A stretch of DNA of 43,120 nucleotides from an uncultured bacterium (GTDB lineage: Bacteria > Gemmatimonadota > Gemmatimonadetes > Longimicrobiales > RSA9): assembly GCA_937907535.1 (NCBI GenBank), contig CALCID010000067.1, positions 1 through 43,120 on the forward strand. Direction: 5' to 3'. The notes below the pieces were generated by a model that ran no database searches, had not been told where the DNA came from, and worked only from the letters and a program-made list of their open reading frames with translations. Shown in pieces: positions 35,565-43,120 of this stretch. Position numbers and translations under genes: made by a program. Every line of letters begins with the position of its first letter. The stretch's first letter is position 1.

Positions 35565-35799
35565 GTGGTCGTTGCTGGCACTTGCGGGGGTTCAAACGGT
35601 CATTGGAAATAGCAAAGAATGACCGTCGGGACCCCTTGTGATCGGCGGTGATTTTTTGTATCTTAGGTAGCCAACCAGGAGGCAGGACGCGACGGGCGGG
35701 GTGCCGCCCGCGAGATAGAGGATCCCTGGCCGCGGAGGCGGCCGGTCCGGGGGTGGTCCTGGCGTGTGCCGGGAGCCCTGCCGGTCTGAAAGGAGACGA

Positions 35800-36432
35800 A
35801 TGGCCACGACGACGGTGAAGCCGGAGACGCTCGAGCGCGAGGAGCTCACCGAGCTGTCCGAGCTGTCGGATGGCGAGCTGGTGGCGGCGCATCTGGAGGG
35901 GCATCCCGGGGCGTTCGGTGAGCTGTACGATCGTTATCGGGACAAGCTGGTGCACTTCATTGCGCGGAAGACGGGCGACCGGGACCGTGCGGAGGACCTG
36001 GTGCAGGAGGCGTTCATTCGGGTGACGCGTCATCTGCACCGGTTCGACCAGTCGAAGAAGTTCTCGACGTGGATTTATACGATTTGTTCGAATCTGTCGA
36101 AGAACGAGCTTCGGAACCGGTCCAGGAATCCGCTGGTGTTGTTCCAGAAGCTGACGACGCACTGGGAGCCGGAGCATCGGCCGCTGCAGTTCGAGGACTC
36201 GTCGATGCGGCCGGACCATCTGTACCGTCAGCGGTACCTCCAGGAGATCGTGGAGAAGACGGTCGAGGAGCTCCCGGAGCATCATCGGCTGGTGTTCAAG
36301 CTCCGCGAGCTGGAGGGGAAGAGCTACGAGGAGATCGCGGAGATCACGGGCGTGAACCTGGGCACGGTGAAGAGCCGTTTGCACCGTGCGCGGACGAGCT
36401 TCGCGGAGCGGATCGAGCCGCTGTTGAACTGA
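35800..36432 (+). CDS. RNA polymerase ECF-type sigma factor (sigma-70 family regions 2 and 4)
   Basis: 210 aa. Region 2 (LYDRYRDKLVHFIARKTGDRDRAEDLVQEAFIRV) and region 4 (YEEIAEITGVNLGTVKSRLHRAR) are present. AGGAG lies 4 nt upstream of the ATG at 35800. Confidence 0.85.
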   Translation: MATTTVKPETLEREELTELSELSDGELVAAHLEGHPGAFGELYDRYRDKLVHFIARKTGDRDRAEDLVQEAFIRVTRHLHRFDQSKKFSTWIYTICSNLSKNELRNRSRNPLVLFQKLTTHWEPEHRPLQFEDSSMRPDHLYRQRYLQEIVEKTVEELPEHHRLVFKLRELEGKSYEEIAEITGVNLGTVKSRLHRARTSFAERIEPLLN

Positions 36433-36538
36433 GGCGGCTGGCGGGGTGGCGGGGCTGGCGCCGGGCCGGGGTCGCGCGGGCGAGCGCGGCGGGTCCGGCG
36501 GGTTCCTCCCCCGATCGGCGTGGAGGAGAGCGAGAAGA

Positions 36539-36572
36539 GCCCGGCCGGGCAGGACCCGGCCGGGCTTTTTTT
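36539..36572 (+). terminator. Intrinsic terminator GCCCGGCCGGG cagga CCCGGCCGGGC TTTTTTT
   Basis: An 11-bp perfect GC stem plus a T7 run lies 107 nt after the sigma-factor stop. It also abuts the stop of the convergent osmC-like gene. Confidence 0.75.
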
Positions 36573-37015
36573 CATTCGAGCGTCGCGTCGACCTCGATGC
36601 GGAGCGCTGCGCGGAGCGCGTTGGAGACGGGGCAGCCCTGTTCGGCCTTTCGGGCGGCCTCGGCGAAGGCGTTCTGGTCGAGGCCGGGGACGCGGCCGCG
36701 GACGGCGAGCTTCATGGAGGCGATGCGGAACCCGGACTCATCCTTTTCGAAGCCGCAGGTGGCGGTGACGTGGAGGCGTTCCGGGGTGTTGCCCTGCCGT
36801 CCGAGGGTGGCGGAGAGGGCCATGGCGTAGCAGGCGGCGTGGGCGGCGGCGATGAGCTCTTCGGGGCTGGTCTTGCCGCCGGGCGCTTCGGTGCGTGCCG
36901 CCCAGGTGATGGGGAGGTTGCCGATGGCGCCGCTGCCGACGCTCTGGATGACGCCCTCGCCCTCGACGAGGCTGCCGGTCCAAACGGCTTCCGCGGTTCT
37001 CTGTCCCTGTGCCAT
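36572..37015 (-). CDS. OsmC/Ohr-family peroxiredoxin (OsmC-like)
   Basis: 147 aa with two conserved Cys in OsmC spacing (AAHAACYAMAL and ATCGFEK). The length is typical. Confidence 0.8.
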   Translation of the reverse strand: MAQGQRTAEAVWTGSLVEGEGVIQSVGSGAIGNLPITWAARTEAPGGKTSPEELIAAAHAACYAMALSATLGRQGNTPERLHVTATCGFEKDESGFRIASMKLAVRGRVPGLDQNAFAEAARKAEQGCPVSNALRAALRIEVDATLE

Positions 37016-37348
37016 GAGTCCCTCCGTTCGGTGGGGTGAAGTCGGTATCGATGGACGTGCGGGATAGTGGGCTGGCGAGGGGCGGGGGGCAAGGGCCGGT
37101 AGGGCATGGCGGCGATCGAGCGGGCCGGGTGGCTCATTCCGGGGGTGAGCGGGTGGCGTGGCGCGATCGGGGGGAGCCGCGTGCGAGGCGCTTCGCCGGA
37201 GGGTTCGGTGCGGGCGGACGCGTTGGCCGGCCGGGGCTCTCGCCCCGGCCGGTTTCTCTTTGGGATCGAGGCGCCGGCCCCGGCGTGTGGGGGGCCGGCG
37301 CGGGTGTCCGGGACGCCATGACGCCGGCGATCGAGCGTTGCCGTCCGC

Positions 37349-38860
37349 TCAGGGCCTTCCGGGCGGCTCCGGCCTGCTCGCCACGTGGCGCCCGAGGGCG
37401 AGGGCGAACTCGGCGTAGCGGCGGAGGCCGGAGAAGGGGAAGTCGGCCGCCCAGTGGTCGGCGGGGTGGTGGTAGCGGTCCCAGCGCCGGTGGAGGCGTT
37501 CCTGTTCGGCGCGGTCCACGCCCTCCCAATCGCGGCCGGGGATGAGGAACACGGCGGGGACGCCCCGGCGGAGGAAGGGCCAGTAATCGGAGTTGGGTCT
37601 GGCCTCGGAGGTGGTGGCCTCCCAGCCGTGCTCGGCCGCGACGGCGGCGGCGATCTGTCCGAGGGGGGAGTCGGTGCCGCCGGCCACGCGCCAGGTGCGG
37701 GGCGGGGCGGGGGGCGCGCCGGCGTCGAGGTTGATGACGGCGACGGTGCGCTCGAGGGGGATGAGCGGCGACGTCGCGTAATACGACGACCCGAGCAATC
37801 CCCGCTCCTCGCCGGTGAAGAAGAGGAAGAGGACGGAGCGGGCCGGGGGCTCGTGGGCGAGCGCCTCGGCGATGGCGAGGAGCATGGCGGTGCCGGCCGC
37901 GTTGTCGGAGAAGCCGTTGTAGATGGAGTCCCCGTCCACGGCCGGGCCGATCCCGAGGTGGTCGTAGTGCGCGGTGAAGGCCACGACCTCGTGGCGGAGG
38001 TCGGGGTCCTTGCCGGGGAGTATCGCGGCGACGTTGGCGGCGTCGAGCGCCCGGGCCTCGAACCGGATCCTCGCCTGGACCTCCCGCTCGAGGGAGACGG
38101 CGGCGAACGGGCGGCTCCCGTCGAGGGCGTCGGGCGGCACCGGCGCGTCGGCGAGGAGGGCGGCGGAGAGGTCGGGCCCGGCCACGAGGATCGGGAGGTC
38201 GGGTTGCCAGACGGGGTCGTCGACGTCGGCGTCGACGTAGAGCCGCGGCGTCTCCGCGAGGGCCTCGGCGACCCGGCGGAACGCGCCGGGATCGGGGACC
38301 AGGTAGACCACGCCCTCCGCGCCGCGGCGGATCCAGTCGGGGATCAGGCGATCGGCCTCGGCGCCGAGGCTGCCGAGGATGACGATGACCTGGCCGTCGA
38401 GGGACGGGTGGTCGGCGAGGGCGGCGTGGGCGAGGCCGCCGGTCCCGGCGAAGAGGGCGTTGCCGGAGAAGTCCCGGAGCGCGCGGGCGCCGCCGGTGTT
38501 CAGGACGAAGTGCTCTCCGTAACGGAACTCGGCGGCCTGGCCGGCCCGCCGGAGCGTCAGGGTGGTTGCGGCCTGGTCGATCGTCGCGCTGTAGAGGGGC
38601 ACGGGCTGGAGGTAGTCGCCGTCCGGGCCGGCGCCCTGGAGGCCGATGCGCCGGAGCTGGCTCACGATGTAGAGCGCGGCGAGGCGTTCGCCCTCGCTGC
38701 CGGTGTCTCGCCCCTCGAGCCGGTCGTGGGCGAGGAAGTAGGTGTGGGCGCGGAGCGCGAGGGTGTCGATCTGCTGGGCGGAGGCCGTCGCGGGGCCGGC
38801 GAGGCCGGCGGAGATGGCGAAGGCGGCCACGGCCGGGAACGGGAGGCGGAGACGTCGCAT
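37349..38860 (-). CDS. M28-family zinc aminopeptidase with PA domain, secreted
   Basis: Signal peptide (AVAAFAISAGLAGPATASAQQ). M28 metal ligands are in context (HYDHLG, NGFSDNAAG, GEERGLLGS, INLD). Confidence 0.8.
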   Translation of the reverse strand: MRRLRLPFPAVAAFAISAGLAGPATASAQQIDTLALRAHTYFLAHDRLEGRDTGSEGERLAALYIVSQLRRIGLQGAGPDGDYLQPVPLYSATIDQAATTLTLRRAGQAAEFRYGEHFVLNTGGARALRDFSGNALFAGTGGLAHAALADHPSLDGQVIVILGSLGAEADRLIPDWIRRGAEGVVYLVPDPGAFRRVAEALAETPRLYVDADVDDPVWQPDLPILVAGPDLSAALLADAPVPPDALDGSRPFAAVSLEREVQARIRFEARALDAANVAAILPGKDPDLRHEVVAFTAHYDHLGIGPAVDGDSIYNGFSDNAAGTAMLLAIAEALAHEPPARSVLFLFFTGEERGLLGSSYYATSPLIPLERTVAVINLDAGAPPAPPRTWRVAGGTDSPLGQIAAAVAAEHGWEATTSEARPNSDYWPFLRRGVPAVFLIPGRDWEGVDRAEQERLHRRWDRYHHPADHWAADFPFSGLRRYAEFALALGRHVASRPEPPGRP

Positions 38861-38927
38861 GATTTCGAGGGTTCGGGCTCCAACAAGGACGCCCTTTCGC
38901 TACCCGGCCGGCGGGCGAAGGTGCCGA

Positions 38928-39917
38928 TCAGCCCTCGAGGACCAGGTCCGCGTAGCCGTTGTCCGGGTCGCCGCCCTGGCGGAGCACGCGGTCCACGGTA
39001 CCGGGCCCGCGGTTGTAGGCCAGGAGCGCGAGGCGGACGTTGCCGTCGTACTTGTCGATCAGGTCGCGGAGGTAGCTGAAGCCGAGGCGCAGGTTCGTGT
39101 GGCGGTCGAAGAGGTCCTCGTTGGTGATGCCGGGCTCGAGCCAGCGGGCGGTGGCGGGCATGAGCTGGGTGAGCCCGCGGGCGCCCACGTGGCTGACCGC
39201 GCGGTGCTTGAAGCGGCTCTCGACCTTGACGAGCCCGTAGGCGAGCTCCGGTTCGATGCCGGCGCGCACGGCGTGGTCGTAGATGTCGGCGGCGAGGCTG
39301 CGGGAGATGCCGTACCGGAGCATGGCGCCCTCGATGGTGTCCCTGCGGGTGCGTTCGGCCTCGAGCTCCGCCCAGCGGCGGCCCACGTCCTCCTCCAGGC
39401 TGCGTCCGCCCGCCCGGGCGGCGGTGCGGCGAGCCCGTTCCGCGGCAGGGCCGGGTTCTTCGCCGGCGGCCTGCACGGCCTGGCTCGCGAGGGGGGCGGT
39501 GGCGCCGACGAGGGCCAGGCCGATCAGCGGGTCGCGGAACCTGCGGGCGAGCTCGCGGCCCCGGCGGGTCCAACCGCGGCGTCGGTCCTCCTCGCGGAAC
39601 CGCTCCCAATGCTCGCGGGCGGCGGTGCGCCAGCGGGCCTCTCCGGCCTCACCCGGCGCGCGCTGTCGTCGTTCGGCCTCGCCGTATCGAAGGAAGTCCT
39701 CCAGGCGACGCATCCGCTGCCGCCGATCTCGCCGATCCCGCCGGTCTCGCCGGTCGCGTCGTTCCGGCGGGCCCCCGCCTGCCTCCCCGGCGTCGAAGGC
39801 GGTCCGGCGGCCGTGGGGGTTCCGGGCGCGGTGGTGGAGGCGCCGGTCGCGCCGGGCGGGCTCACCGGGGTGCGAGGGGTGGGGGTGGGATCGGCGGACT
39901 CGGTCGTGTCGGTGCAT
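38928..39917 (-). CDS. Lytic transglycosylase (SLT domain) with Arg/Asp-rich repetitive N-terminal region
   Basis: The C-terminal SLT motifs are ES-x-F (VKVESRFKH), GLTQLMP and AYNRG. The ATG at 39917 has GGAGG 7 nt upstream. The N-terminus contains RRDRRDRRDRRDRRQR. Confidence 0.7.
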   Translation of the reverse strand: MHRHDRVRRSHPHPSHPGEPARRDRRLHHRARNPHGRRTAFDAGEAGGGPPERRDRRDRRDRRDRRQRMRRLEDFLRYGEAERRQRAPGEAGEARWRTAAREHWERFREEDRRRGWTRRGRELARRFRDPLIGLALVGATAPLASQAVQAAGEEPGPAAERARRTAARAGGRSLEEDVGRRWAELEAERTRRDTIEGAMLRYGISRSLAADIYDHAVRAGIEPELAYGLVKVESRFKHRAVSHVGARGLTQLMPATARWLEPGITNEDLFDRHTNLRLGFSYLRDLIDKYDGNVRLALLAYNRGPGTVDRVLRQGGDPDNGYADLVLEG

Positions 39918-39994
39918 GGCTCGACCTCCGGATCGCTATCTCTTTACCGGAGGTGCACTTCCCATGCCCGGGCCCGACCGGTCCGGGGCGTCGG

Positions 39995-40882
39995 TCAGGG
40001 GAGCCGGCAGCGCAGGAGGTGGATCGTGGCGTCGCCGCGGAACGGACCCGCCTCGCCGGTCAGGACCACCGTCCCGTCCGGCCTCAGGCCCACGCCCTCG
40101 CCCTGGGCTTCCCGGAGCGGGTGCAGCGCGATCCCGTGGGGCTCGAGAAGTGGCTCCGCCATTGAAACATCGACCGGGTGAAACCGTAGGGAGTCGTAGG
40201 AACGGATCGCGACCCACCGTCCGTCCGGCGTGGCGTCCGCGCCGGTCACCTGGCGGCCGAGCGGCATGGGCCCCGGGTCGAAGGTCTGGACCGGCTCCAG
40301 CTCCACGATCCGGTCCGGGTCGAAGGGCGGTGGGTAGCGGTAGACGGTGACCGGGCCGGCGCGCCCCTTGGTGACGATGTAGGCGGTCGGCTCGGGGTCG
40401 GGGAGAATGAAGAGCGCTTCGGCGTCCTGGGGCCGGTCGGGGAAGCGGAACGGGAAGCGCTCGGCGGGCGCGGAGCGGCCGTCCCGGGGCGCGGGCTCGG
40501 GGATCCGGTAGATGACGGCGTGGTCGCGTCGCTCCTGGTTGTCCCCGGTGTCCGCGACGTACAGGCAGTCCCCGGCGGGGCATGGGCCGAGGGCGACGTC
40601 CTCCCAGTCCACGTTCGTGGCGCCTTCGACGCGCACGCGGGCGAGGATCGCGCCGGTCGAGTCGATGGCGAAGATGACCGGCTCGGAGCCGGAGTCGTTG
40701 TGGGTCCAGTAGACGCCCGGGTACGCGCGGCTGGCGGCCACGCCGCTGGATTCGGCGAGGTCGTCCGAGAGGAGGCCGGTGTGTTCGCCCGGCTCGCAGA
40801 GCGGCGCGTCCGACCGGCCGGAGCCGGGGGGCGCGCAGGCCGTGGCCGCGACGAGCACCACCACGGTGGCGCGTAGGTACAT
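39995..40882 (-). CDS. Hypothetical lipoprotein (beta-propeller-like)
   Basis: The ATG at 40882 gives a signal with lipobox VAATAC. About 295 aa with no recognised family. A longer upstream alternative starts at 40948. Confidence 0.5.
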   Translation of the reverse strand: MYLRATVVVLVAATACAPPGSGRSDAPLCEPGEHTGLLSDDLAESSGVAASRAYPGVYWTHNDSGSEPVIFAIDSTGAILARVRVEGATNVDWEDVALGPCPAGDCLYVADTGDNQERRDHAVIYRIPEPAPRDGRSAPAERFPFRFPDRPQDAEALFILPDPEPTAYIVTKGRAGPVTVYRYPPPFDPDRIVELEPVQTFDPGPMPLGRQVTGADATPDGRWVAIRSYDSLRFHPVDVSMAEPLLEPHGIALHPLREAQGEGVGLRPDGTVVLTGEAGPFRGDATIHLLRCRLP

Positions 40883-41047
40883 GGGGTCCGGTCCGGTTGC
40901 GCGACTCGGGAAACGGGGAAGGATGGGAGGGTGGCGGAGGCGAGTCAAGCGAAGGGGGACATCGCGGGAAGTCCGTGCGGGGTTTCAGCTTGCGCAAGCC
41001 GGTGTGCGCACGCAGATTACGGCCTCCCACGATCTCTCGGGTGAACA

Positions 41048-41662
41048 ATGAGCGGACTGTATCTCTTCTCCCTCGTGGTCGGCGGCGGGCTGCTGCTCGT
41101 GTCCATGCTCGGCAATGTCTTCGGCGGGGATGTGGACGTGGTGGCGGATGCCGATGTGGACCTGGACGCGGACGTGGATGGCGGCTTCACGAAGATCCTC
41201 TCGCTCCGGACGGCGACGTATTTCCTGTTCGGGTTCGGGGGGGTGGGGACGGCGCTGTCGTGGCTGTGGGGCGGGGAGCGGTCGGCGCTGGCGTTCGGGC
41301 TCGCGCTGGGCTCGGGCGCGGTGCTGGGCGGGCTGGCCTCGCTGGTGTTCCGCTATCTGCGCGCGTCGGAGTCGGGGGGGCAGGAGACCGAGGCGAGTTT
41401 CGTGGGGCTGCTGGGCACGGTGACGATCCCGTTGTCGGCGCACGGGGTGGGGAAGATCCAGGTTCAGCGCGGTCCGCGGACGGTGGAGCTGATCGCGCGG
41501 CCGCACGGCGGGGCGGCGGCGGGGGTCGAGGAGTGGAAGCAGGTCGTGATCGTGGAAATGGAACGGGGCATGGCGCTGGTCGCACCGTTCAGCGAGGAAC
41601 TGGACGCCGCGGCCGGGGGGGCCGCGCCGTCCCTCGAGCCGGGAGGGGACCATGTTCGGTAG
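41048..41662 (+). CDS. NfeD-like membrane protein (partner of SPFH/flotillin proteins)
   Basis: N-terminal TM helices and a C-terminal OB-like soluble domain (VGKIQVQRGPRTVELIARP ... VVIVEMERGMALVAP). Its stop overlaps the start of the flotillin gene. Confidence 0.65.
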   Translation: MSGLYLFSLVVGGGLLLVSMLGNVFGGDVDVVADADVDLDADVDGGFTKILSLRTATYFLFGFGGVGTALSWLWGGERSALAFGLALGSGAVLGGLASLVFRYLRASESGGQETEASFVGLLGTVTIPLSAHGVGKIQVQRGPRTVELIARPHGGAAAGVEEWKQVVIVEMERGMALVAPFSEELDAAAGGAAPSLEPGGDHVR

Positions 41663-42974
41663 CTTCGCGCCCGCCGCGATCGGCGGGATCCTCGTCATAG
41701 CGATCCTGGCGCTGATCTACACGATCAAGTCCCTGATCGTGATCGTGCCGCCGAACCGTGCGGCGATCATCACGGGTCGGAGCCGTCGTCTGGGGGATGG
41801 GCAGGTGGTGGGGTACCGGGCGGTGATCGGGGGCCGCACGCTCCGGGTGCCGATCGTGGAGACCGTGCACTATCTGGCGCTGGACACGATCCCGCTGGAG
41901 ATCACGGTGGCCAACGCGTACTCCAAGGGGAACATCGCGCTGACGGTGCACGCGGTGGCGAACGTGAAGGTGGCGTCCGAGCCGGAGACGGTGTTCAACA
42001 ACGCGGTCGAGCGGCTGCTGGGCAAGTCGATCCAGGAGATCGAGGCGCTGGCGAAGGAGACGTTGTCGGCGAACCTGCGCGGGGTGTTGGCGACGCTGAC
42101 GCCGGAGCAGGTGAACGAGGACCGGCTGACGTTCGCGACGGAGCTGGCGCAGGAGGCGGATCACGATCTCCAGAAGCTGGGTCTGCACCTGGACACGTTG
42201 AAGATCCAGAGCGTGACGGACGAAGTCGGCTATCTGGAGGCGATCGGGCGGAAGCGGACGGCGGAGGTGCTGCGGGACGCGCTGGTCGCGGAGGCGCAGA
42301 GCGACAGCGAGACGAGGCAGCGTCAGGCGGAGGCGCGGAAGCAGGCGGAGGTCGCGCAGGCGCAGGCGGAGATCGCGATCGCGGAGGCGCAGACCGCGCT
42401 GCGTGTGAGGAAGGCGCAGCTGGACCAGGAGGGCGAGACGGCGGAGCGGGTGGCGATGGTCCTGGCGCAGCGTTCGGAGATCGAGGCGCAGCAGGCGCTG
42501 GAGGCGGAGCGGATCGAGCTGCAGCGGCGCAGGCTGCAGGCGGACAAGGTGGAGCCGGCGGAGGCGGAGCGGCTGGCCGCGGAGGCGATGGCGAAGGCGG
42601 CGGCGGCGCCGATCCTGGAGATGGGGAAGGCGCAGGTCGAGGTGCTGCGTCTGCTGTACGAGCAGATCCGGGAGTCGGGGGACCTGGGCTTCGCGGTGTT
42701 CCTTGCGGAGAAGCTGCCGACGCTGCTGGAGACGGCCGTCGGCGCGGTGAAGGGGATCGACATCGACCGGCTGGTGGTGCTGGATGGCGGGGAGGGGAAG
42801 GGCGTCGCGGCCGCGGCGAACCAGCGGGTCGGCGCCGCGTTCCAGCTCCTGGAGGGGCTCAGCTCGGCGCTGGGCGTGGACATCGAGGAGGTGATCCAGC
42901 GGGCGGCGCGGCAGCGGACGCGGGTGGATGCCATGCAGCTCGCGGAAGCGAAGGACGGATCGCAGCGGGGTTGA
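41652..42974 (+). CDS. Flotillin/SPFH (band 7) domain protein (YqiK-like) with long coiled-coil
   Basis: 440 aa. GGGAGGGG RBS. N-terminal TM, then an SPFH core (PLEITVANAYSKGNIALTVHAVANVKV), then an A/E/Q-rich coiled-coil. Confidence 0.8.
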   Translation: MFGSFAPAAIGGILVIAILALIYTIKSLIVIVPPNRAAIITGRSRRLGDGQVVGYRAVIGGRTLRVPIVETVHYLALDTIPLEITVANAYSKGNIALTVHAVANVKVASEPETVFNNAVERLLGKSIQEIEALAKETLSANLRGVLATLTPEQVNEDRLTFATELAQEADHDLQKLGLHLDTLKIQSVTDEVGYLEAIGRKRTAEVLRDALVAEAQSDSETRQRQAEARKQAEVAQAQAEIAIAEAQTALRVRKAQLDQEGETAERVAMVLAQRSEIEAQQALEAERIELQRRRLQADKVEPAEAERLAAEAMAKAAAAPILEMGKAQVEVLRLLYEQIRESGDLGFAVFLAEKLPTLLETAVGAVKGIDIDRLVVLDGGEGKGVAAAANQRVGAAFQLLEGLSSALGVDIEEVIQRAARQRTRVDAMQLAEAKDGSQRG

Positions 42975-42999
42975 GCTGCGGCGGCCGCGCAGGGGGCGT

Positions 43000-43035
43000 G
43001 GGGCCCGGGCGGATGTCCGGGCCCCAAGTGTTTTT
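43000..43035 (+). terminator. Intrinsic terminator GGGGCCCGG gcggatgt CCGGGCCCC aagtg TTTTT
   Basis: A 9-bp GC stem with a T5 run 5 nt downstream, 26 nt after the flotillin stop. Confidence 0.55.
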
Positions 43036-43120
43036 CCCGTGTTCGCCGACGGGCTGGAGGTGCGGGTGGAAGAAGAGGATGAATCGCCCCGGGTTTGCCG
43101 GAGGCTCCAACCTTTGAGAG

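Noticed and set aside
35565-35799. ECF-type promoter (GGAAC-N16-CGTCT) upstream of the sigma factor
   Set aside because: GGAAAT-N13-CGTC and other partial matches do not fit the consensus spacing, so no promoter was called.

Overview
This is a very GC-rich (roughly 70%+) bacterial chromosomal window with tightly packed genes, frequent GTG starts and many overlapping start/stop junctions. I call about 40 genes: an ABC ATPase with two permeases, a GMC oxidoreductase with a small partner subunit, M20 and M28 peptidases, two HAD hydrolases, an HtrA protease with an adjacent sensor kinase and single-domain response regulator, YggX, a patatin/POTRA/beta-barrel lipase, a group II PLP decarboxylase followed by methionine aminopeptidase, a cold-shock protein, a phenylacetyl-CoA epoxidase cluster (paaA, a DUF59 gene, paaB, paaC, a zinc-ribbon gene), class A PBP, saccharopine dehydrogenase-like protein, ECF sigma factor, OsmC, SLT transglycosylase, and an NfeD/flotillin pair. 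No rRNA, tRNA or CRISPR was recognised.

The most unusual content is a family of degenerate 50-65 bp GC-rich repeats. The core is roughly GGGCAGCCTTCGCGG, then a ~13-nt variable hairpin-like segment, then CCGGGTCGAGCACGAG followed by a variable-copy (CACGAG)n microsatellite. These sit in four tandem arrays arranged as two inverted pairs.
- One pair (13453-13729, plus orientation; 14269-14964, minus orientation, as three near-identical 232-bp units) fills a 1.7-kb gene-free gap between the kinase and a lipoprotein gene.
- The other pair (18234-18392 and 18949-19101) brackets a four-helix-bundle protein gene (TIGR02436, the family usually found inside 23S rRNA intervening sequences). This gives an IVS-like architecture outside rRNA.
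- The repeat supplies the stop codon and last residues of the decarboxylase, and abuts the stop of the patatin gene.

Other oddities are a ~1-kb gene-less stretch between the cold-shock and aminopeptidase genes, a terminator-like hairpin plus T5 inside the cold-shock leader, a split PaaD with no PaaE, two paralogous small membrane proteins upstream of an ECF sigma factor that has no obvious anti-sigma partner, and a strong G-quadruplex motif.

All coordinates were derived by hand from the ORF track and reading the sequence; start codons may be off by a few codons.
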